Origin: Eledone cirrhosa
Taxonomy: Eukaryota
Length of the DNA stretch: 64,000 bases
Direction: 5' to 3'
Assembly: GCA_964016885.1 (NCBI GenBank)
Contig: OZ024743.1
Span: forward strand, 66,960,001-67,024,000
The notes below the pieces were generated by a model. It had not been told where the DNA came from. It made no database searches and saw nothing but the letters and a program-made list of their open reading frames with translations. Position 1 is the first letter of the stretch, and each line of letters begins with the position of its first letter. Shown piece by piece: positions 14,405 to 27,511 of this stretch. The position numbers and the translations under genes are program-made.

Positions 14405-14512
14405 TTGTAGCTGCGTGGTTAGAGAATTGGATTCACAATCTTGAGGTTGTGAGTTCGATTCCTGGACCGAGCGATTCCTTGAGCAAGACACTTTATTTCA
14501 CGTTGCTCCTTC
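14405..14512 (+). mobile_element. tRNA-derived SINE family 2, 5' part
   Basis: TGCGTGGTTAGAG...GAGTTCGATTCC...CCTTGAGCAAGACACTTTATTTCACGTTGCTCC; homologous to the reverse complement of 18440-18572. Confidence 0.8.
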
Positions 14513-14599
14513 TACCTGGAGTTGCGACCGATAGATAGTATTAGCAATTGGAAAGACCAATGGAAACATTGTTTCCTCAGTCCGATTTGACGAAAGTCG

Positions 14600-14671
<72 letters not shown>

Positions 14672-15544
14672 GTGTCGTACCCTACTATACCAAGTATCGA
14701 GTACACTGTCGAATAATGGTCTCACTAGTTTAAAACTGGTTCACTCCTGGTATATATACATATATACATTTATATTAATACATACAAAAATGAATACCCC
14801 CCCCCCCACACACACACATGTATATATATGCATACATATGATTTATAACTAATTGCAAGTGAAGATTCTCTTCCATATTCCCATCCGCGCTGCATGTGCA
14901 TGTACACGCACGCAGCAATGTACATGTTAGTCATGCAACTATTCATATGCAAATATGTACATGCATGTTTTAACAGGGAAGTATTGCACCATTACTTCAT
15001 ACCTCAATGAAGATGGCATTTATTTCAAACATCTTTGATATTCCTTGACAATACAATATTACTTTTCGAAAACCGATTTGTTCTGTTCATCTGTCATACT
15101 GCGATATTTCAGATTAAAAGTGTTTTAATGTCGTTAATACTTTCAATATTACCTCCATAATCCATTCTTTCTCACTACAATCCTTTAATTCTTTGAAGCA
15201 AAATAATATTTTTATGGCGTTCGCTTATATCTTTTAATTTAATCTTTTCTTTTCTTAATATATTTATATTTTCCACCATTTCCCACCTTTCTTCGTCGTT
15301 TCTCGTCTTTCTTCGTCATTCTTTGCCTTTCTGTGTTTCTATATTCCTCCGGCATTTTCAAACTCATAGTTTCTTCATATCATAAATTATATCTTTCCGA
15401 ATCTGCATTTTCCCTGCCTTCTAACATATTTCCTTGTCTATTTCTCGCTGCCTTTGTCCATCACTAAATCTATCTGACCTTTATCGTTTCCTAAAGCACG
15501 CTTTACTTCATATTCTGATATTATCCATTATCTGAGAGTTCCTG

Positions 15545-15752
15545 TTGTTACATTAACGGATCAGCCTGTTTGTGAAATTAACGTGCAAGTGGCTGAGCAT
15601 TCGACAGTTATGTGTACACAACATAAGTTTCAGGGAGAATAAACGTAACACAGCATGTGACACACATTTGAATTATGGGTACAACTCAGTTTTGCAAACT
15701 CAGTGAAATTGTGCAATCTGAAATAAGGAGTCTTACTTAAGGACATAATGTG
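15545..15752 (-). mobile_element. Degenerate SINE family 2-like body
   Basis: TGAAATAAGGAGTCTTACTTAAGGACATAA resembles TGAAATAAAGTGTTTTGCTTAAGGAAATAA of the 18440 copy. Confidence 0.5.
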
Positions 15753-16225
15753 TTAAGTCATATAGCTTAGTGGTTAATGGGTTGAACTTACGATCACGTG
15801 GTAGACTAATGGATCGCTTGGAACGTTGTACTTTTGTGCAAAACAGTTCATTTCACGTTGCTTCTTATTAAAATAAGCCTCTAACGGGGTGTAACATCTT
15901 AGGCGGCCTATTAAACTTACATAAGCTGTAACAACAACATACATGTGTGACCTTGTGTATTTCACTTCAATTTTCTTCCAGTTTTCTTTATATATTTCTA
16001 GCATCCTCTCGCTTTAACTTTGACATTCGTTCATTTTTCTTTAGCAACATTCATATTGAGGTTCTTTAATTTTAAATTACGTCAGTATATTTTTCTTTTA
16101 CTTTTTGAGGCTTTCGTTGCTCACTTCACCTTCCTTATACTTTTTTAAAACTCTTCAATATCTGAGCCTTCAAATCATATTTTCAAATCATATTTTCTAT
16201 TTCATACATATGCAACCATCAACGT

Positions 16226-16273
<48 letters not shown>

Positions 16274-16295
16274 AGTACTAACAATAATAATAATA

Positions 16296-16896
16296 ATTGT
16301 TTCTACTTCTGGCACAAGGCCAGCAATTACCCAGTACATTACTGGTACTTTATTTTATCGACTCCGTAAGGATGAAAGGGAAAGTTACCCTCGGCGGGAT
16401 TTTAACTCAGAATGGGAGGGGCCGTAACTCTTTGCTGCAAAGCATGGCGTCCGACCCTCTACCGATATTGCCAATCCACCGCCCTTACTAACAATAATTG
16501 TTTCTACTTTAGGCACAAGGCCAGCAATTACTCAGTGCATTACTGGTACTTTATTTTATCGACCCCGTAAGGATGAAAGGCAAAGTCAACCTCGGCGGGA
16601 TTTGAACTTAGACCGTAAAGGGACGTAACTATGCTGGAAAGCATGGCGTCCGACTCTCTACCGATACTGCCAATAACAATAATAATGGTTTCTTATATAG
16701 GCACAAGGCCAGACATTTGGGGGAAGAGGAAGTCGATTAAATTGACCCCAGTGCGTGACTGGTACTTTATTTTCTCGACCCCGTAAGGATGAAAGGCAAA
16801 GCTAACCTCGACGGGATTTGAACTCAGAATGTAAAGGGCCGTAACTCTATACCACAAAGCATGTTATCTGACGCTCTACCAATACTTCCAATCCAC
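16296..16896 (-). mobile_element. Three head-to-tail SINE family 1 copies (16296-16484, 16498-16674, 16687-16896)
   Basis: Each has tail, core and B/A boxes. The third is the long variant with a GGGGAAGAGGAAGTCGATTAAATTGAC insert. Confidence 0.92.
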
Positions 16897-17667
16897 TAAT
16901 AATATATGGTCTATAACAGTATAGAAATTTCACAATGAATATACAAAACAAATTAAGGAACATGGAACACAAAAATCGAAACTTCACTACCGTGTACAGA
17001 AATCGAACCCAATCTGTCATATACTCGCACATATTCATATACCCTTCCTTCTCTCTCTCTCTCTCTCTTTCCCCTCCTATCTCTCTTTCTTTGTCTACCT
17101 TAGCTTGTCAACAAAAAGTGGTACGTACAATGAATACCACAACTGAAAATGATTGAGAGTGGTTGATGATTAACTAAATCAAACTGTGCTCCAGTACGGC
17201 CGCAGTCGAATAACTGCGGTATCACAATGAATATCCAAAACAAATTATGGAACATTCAAATCGAAACTTCACTACCGTGTACAGAAATCGAACCCAACTG
17301 GTTTTGATCTTAAGTTCCACAACTTAACTGCTGAGCCACGCGTGCTTGCTCATGAGCAAGACGCTCTATTTCACTGTCGTACCTGTAATTCAATAGACAG
17401 GTTTTATCATACCGCGTCACGTTGATGAGGCTTAGAATAATTGATCTTGTTGTTGTTGTTGGTGGTGGTGAAGTTATTGTTGATGTTGTTGATTCTGATA
17501 TTGATGCTGTTGCTATTGTTGTTCTTGTTGGTGATTTTGTTGCTGTTGTTGTTGTTTATGGTTTTACTATTGTTAATGTGAGTGTTCGTTATCGTGTTGT
17601 TGTTGTTAGTGGTAATAATATCTTGATTGTTGTTGGTGGTGTTCATGTTGTTTTTGGTGTAGTTATT

Positions 17668-17868
17668 GTTGTTGATCTGCCCTCAACTCCCCACCCAATC
17701 AGTATAAGTTGTGTCACCAAGGACGGAGCATGCAACAACCTATGGTCCGTTGCTTTAACAACACACGCCCTCTGTCTTCCACATAGGTACACGCGACCAA
17801 GAGACAACGGGTATAACATTCAGGGTGGGGTCAAAACCATGTTTAGTAGAGTGAACACTAGGAATGTC
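17668..17868 (+). repeat. ~200-bp segment, copy B (inverted paralogue of 8800-9000), preceded by a ~220-bp GTT array
   Basis: Direct sequence comparison. Confidence 0.9.
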
Positions 17869-18104
17869 GTAACCCCACCCGCTCTCATCCAGTCCTATAA
17901 AACCCTATATGTAAAACAAAACCAAAAGAAAAATAAACCAGAAATATTTGGCTATTTTATAGCTGATCTTGTTTTGCACCTTTTTGTTATTTTTTCTTCT
18001 TTTGCCCCAATTTTTCCTTTCTGTCTCGTCTTTTTGTTCCTCTCCCTCTACTCACACACATATATATATATAGCATTTTTTTCCTAATTATAAAGGGTTG
18101 AGGT

Positions 18105-18258
18105 TTGACAGACTTGGTAGAGCGCCGGGTGAAATGCTGCGCCGTATTTAGTTACGACTTTCAAAGTTCACAAAGTTCACATCCACCAAAGTTCACATCC
18201 ACAAAGTTCACATCCACCATGCCTTTCATCTTTTCAGAGTCTATAAAATAAAGTACCA
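18105..18258 (+). mobile_element. Degenerate SINE family 1 with internal AAAGTTCACATCCAC duplications
   Basis: TGACAGACTTGGTAGAGCG head; GCCTTTCATCTTTTCAGAGTCTATAAAATAAAGTACC core. Confidence 0.7.
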
Positions 18259-18439
18259 TTCAACCGCCGTTGTTATTGTAATCATCTTTTCCCTCACCCC
18301 ATATTTGTTGACCATGTGTCTAAATGTGTGTGTTACAACTCACACCTATGTAGGTTTAGCCGGCCTCCTCAAAGGTATATATCGTTGGAGGTGTCTTGGG
18401 TGTTCTAATGATAGTGACCCCAGTCCTATCATCTCATTT

Positions 18440-18572
18440 CTACAGCTGAGTAAACTGGAGCAACGTGAAATAAAGTGTTTTGCTTAAGGAAATAACATAT
18501 CACCCGGTCCGAGAATTGAACTCATCACCTTTCGATTGCAAGCTCAATGCTCTAACCACTAAGCCATGCGCC
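18440..18572 (-). mobile_element. tRNA-derived SINE family 2
   Basis: Minus strand reads GGCGCATGGCTTAGTGGTTAGAGC (A box), GAGTTCAATTC (B box), CACTTTATTTCACGTTGCTCCAGTTTACTCAGCTG. Confidence 0.85.
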
Positions 18573-19116
18573 TTCATGTGTCTAAATGAGAAATCTATTA
18601 TTAGTTTTTATTAGATGCATTTCCCAGTAACTCATGGTTTACTAGTACTATACGGACGTTTAAATTGATTACACAAATACATGACGAAATAAATAACAGT
18701 TTAAACCTTAAGACCGAAACACGATTTTAATATAAGTTTCTTTGAACTTGAACAACAAAGTTATGTCTTTTAGTCGTAATGTCATTTGTTTGTTTGTTTT
18801 TGTCGTGTAGTGTTAATTATAAACTAGAAGACGTATAGATTTAATGACGCCAAAAAAAAGGAAATAAAAGGAAAAAAGCCGAAAGGAGGCGGTCGTTAGA
18901 TCAACCCAAGGAAACAATGTTTTGGCCGTTTTTTTTGTGTGTTTGTTTTCATTGCTGATATCTGTCAGTCGGACCTCCTTGCAGAATGAGGCGGAATTTG
19001 TAAGCACAGCGTCGGGGAAGGTACTTCAAAAAACCACATCCGGTCTTCTAATAATTCCGTCAATCTTTCGCCACTTGATTGGTATTTAAGATTTAAAAAA
19101 AAAATTTCTTAACCCT

Positions 19117-19360
19117 GGGCATGTGGTTAGTATGTCTCAGGAAATAATCTCTGGACATATTTTACGGGTAGAACCAACCGGCAGGTGACCCAGGGGTAGA
19201 CCCCGAGCCAGATGTTTGGATAACATCCATGAACTCGGCTGGTCTTGCTTGGAGGTCCGGCCGGTTCTGTTGGAGACGGTGCTTCTGGCAGAATGAAAGA
19301 AGAAGAAGAAGAAGAAGAAGAAGAAGAAGAAGAAGAAGAAGAAGAAGAAGAAGAAGAAGA
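19117..19360 (+). mobile_element. 3' fragment of a non-LTR retrotransposon ORF (RTE-like) followed by a (GAA)n tract
   Basis: Translates GHVVSMSQEIISGHILRVEPTGR*PRGRPRARCLDNI, matching the GHV.RM...G.RPRGRP..RW.D C-terminal motif of RTE-type LINE ORFs. Confidence 0.8.
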
Positions 19361-19865
19361 AACATCAACAATAACAACAACAAACCTGAAAGGATGAAAA
19401 GCAAAGTTGGCTTTCGCTGGATTTGAAGTCGCAGTTGACTGAGCATAAAAATACCAAGGCGTTTAATGTGACTTTGTAAGGGCTCTATTAATTAGCTGCC
19501 TTATGACATAAAAATCTCACGTTTATTTCATACAGCCAATTAACCTTTTAGTATATCTTCCCAACTAAAAATTGTTGGTAAAATACTGTTAGTTTTTTTT
19601 GAGAAGTTACTGTAGATTATATTTTGTTTAAGTTGATTGTCGCTTGCATCATTAGAAAGTAACTGCAATATTTTTCAATACTGGCTGAGTTTACGGTTCA
19701 TTTGCCTGTTTTTATTAAAATTTTCAAACCAATATTGTATAAAGTTCATAAAAATATCCCTTTCTCTATTGGTTAGCAATAATAGAAAAAATAAATGGTT
19801 ACCAGCAACCATTGAAAAATGTACAAGAAGTTATTTCTTCATAGATTTAAATAGAAATTAAAACA

Positions 19866-19995
19866 GCGAATTGGCAGAGTTGTTAGAACGTCAGATAGAA
19901 TGCTTTGCGGTATTCGTTTCGGCTCTCTGCTCTCTGAGTTCAAATCCCTCCGAGGTCAAATTTACCTTTCATCCTTTCGATGTCGATAAAAAAAT
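19866..19995 (+). mobile_element. SINE family 1 (older variant)
   Basis: GCGAATTGGCAGAGTTGTTAG...GAGTTCAAATCCC...CCTTTCATCCTTTCGATGTCGATAAAA. Confidence 0.8.
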
Positions 19996-20223
19996 TCCAA
20001 ATCTAGAATTGGGGTCAGTTCTTCCTCTACATCTTTTCCTCACTTCCATTCTCGCATTCTCTCTATCCTTATCTGGAAGAAATCTGCCGTATTCAGACCT
20101 GGAGAGGGATGGGTTCTGCCAGGCTTTAAAATGCCCACGAAACGCTTGTATTAAACAGCTGAAGACGGGATAACAGATATGATAATAATGGTATATTTGG
20201 TTATCGCTGTACGTGAAGTAATG

Positions 20224-20622
20224 ATTTCAGATTTAAGCAGAAGGCCAACAAATTTTGGGGAGGGAGAAGTCGATAAAATCGACCCCAGAGCGTTACTGGT
20301 GCTTTATTTTATCGACACCTTAAGGCAAAGCTTAACTCGGCATGATTTGAACTCAGAACATAAAGGGCCATACCTATATGCCGCAAAGCATGTCGGACAC
20401 TATAATGATTCTGCCAATTCACCGCTACATTAGGTAATTGTTTCTTCTTTTGGAACAAGACGAGCAATTACCCCAGTGTATTACTGGTGCTTTATGCTAT
20501 CGACCCCGTAAAGATGAAAGGCAAAGTTAACCTCGGTGGGATTTGAATTTAGACCGTAAAAGGTTGTAACTCTATGCTGCAAAGCATGACGTCCGACCCT
20601 CTACCGATACTGTCCATCCAAT
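20224..20622 (-). mobile_element. Two tandem SINE family 1 copies
   Basis: 20224-20425 (long variant) and 20437-20622. Confidence 0.88.
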
Positions 20623-21129
20623 GGCAAACTTTATGACACAAGATTTACAAATGAATATTTCTTTTGTGGTCAATTCAGAAATAAATGATTTTCATTTGCA
20701 TCTATTTATGTATGGATCAGTGGTGCTGTAAGGGCATACAGCGTACCAGGTCATTTTAAAAGTGGCAGTGATCATCCAGGCTGCAGAAAAGGACACGTAG
20801 AAGGAGAGAGAGAGAGAGAGGGGGAGGAGTAGAGAGAAGTGAGAAAGAGATATAATGGAAGAATAGATCCTAGTACCGAAATGGTATTTTTCTATCGACC
20901 TAACTCTATTGGAAATTTAATGGTGGCGACACGAGAACTGTGTCATCTAAGGTAGAACCTAAAAACAAAAATATTTGTTGCTTTGATCAAGAAAGATTTC
21001 GAGAGCCATTAAATAGATCCCTATATCGTAATAGAGTGTCATTACCTTATTCCTTAACAGAATTTATGTATACAATTTCTAAGAACAATGTAAAAAGTGA
21101 TGAAAGTGGTAATAAATTATAATGATGTC

Positions 21130-21910
21130 GTAAACATGTATAGGATTGAACATCACAGAATTTAAAAAGAAACGAAGAACATCGAAGCATAATACGTTAT
21201 TTTATTGTATCATTGTGAGGTTCGCTGGTTAAGTAAAGGCTGGATGTTTAACCACGCGCTTCTATGAGCTGATAGATCAGTTGAAACTCTTCATGGCTTT
21301 TAAAGGCAGTTTTATTAGAGAACCAAATATGTTTGTTATTTAGTATTTTTGGTTGGTGTCTCTAACCACACTAAGATTGAAATTATATGGAACGTATTAG
21401 CTTATTTCTTCTCTCATTGCACATATCAGAAGTTGAGAATCAATTGTTTGTAACTCAACAGAGAAACAACATGGTACATTGTCCAACACTGAAAGAACAA
21501 AACACAGAATCGATGGCAGAATATGTTACAGAGTGTTTCAGTCTTTTGGATCAATTAAAAAGAAAGCTGTTCGCGTTTTATCAAAACAATGAGCTAAAAC
21601 TAGATATACAGGGAACTTATTTTGATGTAATACCGAATGAAGCTCTTGATTCTCTGTAATTTGAGTTAATTCATTTATACTTGGATATTTTGATACCATT
21701 TTGTATGCTTTAGTATTTTATAAGACCTGTGTAGACATTGACAATCATCCAGGATTAAGGAACAACATTGAAACAGCCGCATTGTTTTCTAACAATTACC
21801 AATGTAAATAGCTTTTCTCAAAATTAAATTTAGCAAAGAATCTCTTATATGGTAGACTTACTGATTATAATCCTAGAAAGCAACAATTAAGAACAGTTGC
21901 AGCCCCAATG
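21130..21910 (+). pseudogene. hAT (Charlie/Buster/GTF2IRD2-like) transposase fossil
   Basis: HCEVRWLSKG at 21211-21240; NNMVHCPTLK in the 21387 ORF; ALFSNNYQCK*LFSKLNLAKNLLYGRLTD at ~21778-21865 (C-terminal dimerisation-domain motif). Contains stops and frameshifts. Confidence 0.85.
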
Positions 21911-22097
21911 TAACATCTCCGTGTTTTTTCAAAAGGCAAAACAAAGCAAAAAAAAAACAAACAAAAAAAAAAACCATCAACTCTCCCATTAAGACTTACT
22001 GTCAGAAATTTCATTAAGTTTAAAGCATTACATTATGCTGATTTGTATCTCTGGTTTTTCAGTATTTAAATTGTTTTAACGATTCTGGTTATGTAAT

Positions 22098-22230
22098 AGT
22101 TTCTGATTTAGGCTCAAGGCCAGCAATTTGGAGAAAGGGGAAATCGATTACATCGACCCAGTGCTTGAATGTAATTTTATTTTATCGATTTCGGGTGAAT
22201 GTATGGCAAAGTTGACCACAGCAGGATTAG
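22098..22230 (-). mobile_element. Partial SINE family 1 (long variant)
   Basis: AAGGCCAGCAATTTGGAGAAAGGGGAAATCGATTAC...GGCAAAGTTGACC. Confidence 0.75.
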
Positions 22231-22308
22231 AGATTTACTTTATATTTTAATATTATTCCAATCCAGTTAAAAGACTTGTCAAGTAGTAACAACAGTTAGT
22301 TCACCATA

Positions 22309-22349
22309 CCGAGAACAATTGTTTCACTTTATGCGGATCTTCAGGTCGG
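22309..22349 (-). ncRNA. Minimal type-I hammerhead ribozyme-like motif
   Basis: Minus strand: ccgac-CTGAAGA-tccgcataaagt-GAAA-caattg-TT-ctcgg. Stem I ccga/tcgg with a C.C mismatch; stem II weak. Confidence 0.6.
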
Positions 22350-22879
22350 ACTGGTCATGGTTATACGAAACAGGAAGAAAAACCGGTTGTTACTACTTCT
22401 ACCAAACTCGTCCCATGGACTGAGTGCTCTACCACTACGGATATTACCTTCCAGTGTTCTACCCCCCCCCCCCCCCCCCCACATATATATATATATATAT
22501 AAAGTTTCCGTAGAAATTTTGATTAATGGAGTTAAATTTGCTAACCTGGTGCTCCATCCCTCCTCTCCCCTTAAGACAGGCGAAAAACTAACCTAGTGTT
22601 TCCAAGTCAAAGAGGGAAGGTTGCTAACTCTAGATAGACGTCGCTTCATCCTATTTTCAAAGGGACATTAAAACCATATACCAACCTAAGTTTTCCAAGT
22701 CAAAGAGGGAAGGTTGCTAACTCAGGACTCAAATCACTTCATTCTATCTTCAAAGGGTCGATAGAACAATATATATAGAAATATAAACAGACAATCAATC
22801 GTCTCAGACTTTGTGGTTATTGTATTGAAATCTCTACAAAACAATTCTTATCTTGGAGAGAAACCATACTAACAGACAA

Positions 22880-23486
22880 TCCTCTCAATCATAGACTCCA
22901 TTACAATCACCTTCACTACTATCGCCCCCCATCACTAACAAACACCATCATCACCACTAACAGACACCATCATCACCGTCACCATCACTACCATCTTTCC
23001 TAACACCACCACCACCACCACTCTATTCATCACTATCGCCACTGTAATCTTTTCCGCCATCACCACCTCTATCATTACTGCCCTCATCACGCCACTACTA
23101 CCACCACCATAACTACAACCACAACTATCACCCCCACCACCACTACCACCACCACCACTCGATTCATCAATATCGCCTCTATCATTACTTACCCCTTCAC
23201 GCCACTACTACCACTGCCATCACTACACCATAACTACCACCGCAACTATCACCTCGCCACTACCACCAACTACAACTATCAACCTCTCTATCATTACCAC
23301 CCCCATAATCTCACCAGTTCCCCTACTACTACCACCACCATCACTCAATTTCACACCACCACCTTCTCCATGACTACAACAACCATCTCTCACCCCACCA
23401 CTACTACCACAACCACCAGCCCCTTCATCACCCCCACAGCCGAACTACTAGCATAATTACTTCCACCAACACCACCACCACTCTCT

Positions 23487-23547
<61 letters not shown>

Positions 23548-24425
23548 CACAACCACAAAACACCACCTTCATCATGACTACAACCCCAATCTCTCATTCC
23601 ACTGCTACTACTACAACCACCACCCTCATAATCACAACCACATCCCAACCACTAACACCACTACTATCACTCTCTCTCTCTCACTACTAACACCTCCCCC
23701 TTCACCATGACTATAACAATCACCTCTTACTCCACCACAACTACCACAACCACCACCACCATAATCACAACCACATCTCAACCACTAACACCACCTCTAC
23801 TACCACCATATCACTCTTTCTCTCACCACCACCACAACCACCACCACTAAAAGACAACACCACTACCTTCACATACACCAACACCAGCTCCTTCATTTCC
23901 ACTACCATCACAACTACCACCACTACCACCGACACTACTACTATCACCACCACCATTATTACATCCACAGCCAATTCTACCATCACACCCATCATCAAAT
24001 TATTACACTAACATCATCATCAACAGCAGCATCAAAATAAACACCTGAACCACCGCCATCACCAGCACCACTACCGCCGCCAGCATCCCTACAGCATGAG
24101 AACTACCACCACTACTTCAAACAACCCTACCACAACCAGCCTCACCATCACCACTATCTCCTTCAACAGCAACACCACCACCACCCTTACCACACCATCA
24201 TAATAATAATAATCATCATCGTCATCATCATCATCAGGAGCAGCAACAAGACCACCATCATCACTACCACTATACCACCGCAACGACCACCGCTATCATC
24301 ATCACCACCACCACCACCGCCACCACAACGACCACCGCCACCAGCACCAGCACCACCACCAGCACCCCCACTACCACCCCACCACACCCCAATCAACACC
24401 ACTACCACCACCACCATCATCATCA
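22880..24425. repeat. ACC/ACT/ATC-rich degenerate triplet tract
   Basis: Composition and periodicity. Confidence 0.9.
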
Positions 24426-24504
24426 TGGTATCCGATCTTCTCCATGTCTTTCATCTTTATTGTCTTGCGGCATTTCATCTGCTCCTCACTCAATGACTCA
24501 CCTA

Positions 24505-25422
24505 TCGCACAGTGGCACATTGTCACATATCCTCTCACACAGTGGCATCCTGTCACATATCGTGACACACAGTGGCACATTGTCACATATCCTCTCACAC
24601 AGTGGCATCCTGTCACATATCGTGACACACAGTGGCACATTGTCACATATCCTCTCACACAGTGGCATCCTGTCACATATCGTGACACACAGTGGCACAC
24701 TGTCACATATCCTGACACACAGTGGCACACTGCCACATATCGTGACACACAGTGGCACACTGTCACATATCCTGACACACAGTGGCACACTGCCACATAT
24801 CGTGACACACAGTGGCACACTGTCACATATCCTGACACACAGAGGCACACTGCCACATATCGTGACACACAGTGGCACACTGTCACATATCCTGACACAC
24901 AGTGGCATTCTGTCACATATCGTGTCACACAGTGGCACACTGTCACATATCGTGACACACAGTAGCACACTGTCACATATCGTGAAACACAGTGGCATCC
25001 TGTCACATATCGTGACACACAGTGGCACACTGTCACATATAGTGACACACAGTGGCACACTGTTACATATCGTGACACACAGTGGCACACTGTCACATAT
25101 CCTGTCACACAGTGGCAACCTGTCACATACCGTGACACACAGTGACACACTGTCACATATCCTGTCACACGATGGCATCCTGTCACATATCGTGACACAC
25201 AGTGGCACACTGTCACATATCGTGACACACAGTGGCACACTGTTGCATATAGTGACACATAGTGGCACACTGTCACATATCGTGACACACAGTGGCACAC
25301 TGTCACATATCGTGACACACAGTGGCACACTGTTGCATATAGTGACACATAGTGGCACACTGTCACATATCGTGACACACAGTGGCACGCTGTCACATAT
25401 TGTGAAACACAGTAGCACACTG
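24505..25422. repeat. 30-bp minisatellite (AGTGGCACAC TGTCACATAT CGTGACACAC), ~30 copies, built of 10-bp subunits
   Basis: Register is preserved without indels across ~900 bp. Confidence 0.97.
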
Positions 25423-25562
25423 CAGTTAGACTGCAGGTATACTTTACATGTGATTCATTGAAACGGAGGTAAGTGGCAGAAAATTGAAAGATGGATTGAA
25501 AATTGTTATCAAAGGAGAGAAGTGTGAGGGAGGGGGAGGATTGAAAAAAATAATGAAAACAT

Positions 25563-26150
25563 TCCACCACCACCACCACCACCACTACTACTACCACCAC
25601 CACTTTCACCACTACCACCACCACCACCAACACCACACCTCGACTACAACCACCAACACCACAACCACCACCACCACCACAACCACCACCACCACCACCA
25701 CAACCACCACCACAACCACCACCACAACCACCACCACCACCACAACCACCACCACAACCACAACACAACCAACATCACAACAATAACAACACAACCAACA
25801 TCCCAACAACAATAAGAACACAGACAGCATCACAAGTACAATAAGAACACAATCAACATCACAACAACAATAACATCACAACCAACATCACAACTACAAT
25901 AAGAACACAACCAACCTCACAACAACAATAGCAACACAGCCAACATCACAACTACAATAAGAACACAACCAACATCACAACAATAACAACACAAATAAGA
26001 ACATCACATCAACTACAGCTATAACCAGAACTATGACATTTATAACAAAAACAAATGTCGTAACATCTACAACAACATGAACAACAATAACAATAGAAAA
26101 TATTACATAATTACCACACTGAATATGACAACAGCAATAACAACAACTAT
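25563..26150. repeat. ACC/ACA triplet tract and a ~30-bp ACAACCAACATCACAACAACAATAA repeat
   Basis: Direct inspection. Confidence 0.88.
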
Positions 26151-26151
26151 A

Positions 26152-26926
26152 AGGGTTTCTAATTTAAGCACAAAGATAGCAATTTTAAGAGAAGGGGAAA
26201 TTGAATATACGGACCGACCTCAGTAATTTACTGGTATTTTATCAACCATTGTTGGATAAAAGGTAAACGTTGATCTCGGTGAGATTTGAACCCAAAATGT
26301 TTGTGCGATTAAAACTCTACCATAATATTGATTTCTACTATAGGCAAAAGGCCAGCAATTCTCGGGGAGGAGAAAATCTATTAAATCGATCCTAGTGCAT
26401 TACTGGTACTTTATTTTATCGGCCATGAAAGCATAAAAGGCAAAGTTAACCTCGATGGGAGTTGAACTTAGAACGTAAAGAGACGTATATGCCACAAAGC
26501 ATGTTGTCAGACGCTCTACCGGTACTGCCATAATAATAATAATTGTTTCTACTTTTGGCACAAGGCCAGCAATTACCCAGTGCATTACTGGTACTTTATT
26601 TTATCGACCCCGTAAGGATGAAAGGCAAAGTTAACCTCGGCGGGATTTGAACTCAGAATGGCAAGGGCCGTAACTCTATGCGTCAAAGCATGGCGTCCGG
26701 CCCTCTACCGGCTTTCTTATATAAGCACAATGCCAGCAATTTGGGGGGAGGGGGAAGGCAATTAAATCAACCCCAGTGCGTTACTGGTACTTTATTTTAT
26801 CGACCCCGTAAGGATGAAAAGCAAAGTTAAACACGGCGGGATTTGAACTCAGACCGTAAAGAGCCGTAACTCTATGCTACAAAGCATGGTGTCCGACGCT
26901 CTACCGATACTGCTAATCCACCACCC
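26152..26926 (-). mobile_element. Cluster of four head-to-tail SINE family 1 copies
   Basis: ~26152-26300, 26327-26531, 26541-26712 and 26713-26926. Confidence 0.9.
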
Positions 26927-27284
26927 ATAATAGCAACAGCAGCAACAAACACACAAAACCTGTTACAACAACAAATATAACATAACTGCCATACTAACTA
27001 TAACGACAACAATAAAAACAATAGTTATAACAAGAATAGGAGGAGCAGCAACAAACATAGAGGAGGTGGCGGCGGAGATGACGAAGAAAACGGAGAGGTA
27101 GAAAAAGGGGAGGACAACAACAACAACAACAATAATAATGATAACAATAAGAAGAATATTACTCAGGAATGTGGACGAGTAATGAGAAAGAAATAACTTT
27201 CCATATAGAAAAATGAGATATATGGTGGGGGGAGCGGTGAGAGGAGGGGAAGACATTAATGATGAAGAAATACAAGAAAATATG

Positions 27285-27355
27285 ATGTAGTAGTGGTAGT
27301 AGTTGTTGTAGTAGTGGCGATAGTAGTGGTAGTAGTAGTAGTGGTGATAGTAGTG

Positions 27356-27399
<44 letters not shown>

Positions 27400-27467
27400 T
27401 GTTGTTGTTATTGTTGTAGTGGTGATAGTAGTAGTAGTAGTAGTAGTAGTAGTTGTAGTGGTGGTGA

Positions 27468-27511
<44 letters not shown>

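Noticed and set aside
14405-18572. tRNA genes suggested by A/B boxes
   Set aside because: The boxes are SINE heads that continue into SINE cores; no complete cloverleaf is evident.
19162-19290. Minus-strand exon after a (TTC)n polypyrimidine tract and CAG
   Set aside because: Better explained as the antisense of the RTE-like LINE fragment and its (GAA)n tract.
20718-20760. CAGTGGTG as the left TIR of the hAT fossil
   Set aside because: No matching right TIR or 8-bp TSD found.
22535-22760. ~93-bp imperfect duplication (AACCTA..TTTCCAAGTCAAAGAGGGAAGGTTGCTAACTC)
   Set aside because: Real but minor local duplication with no further signal.
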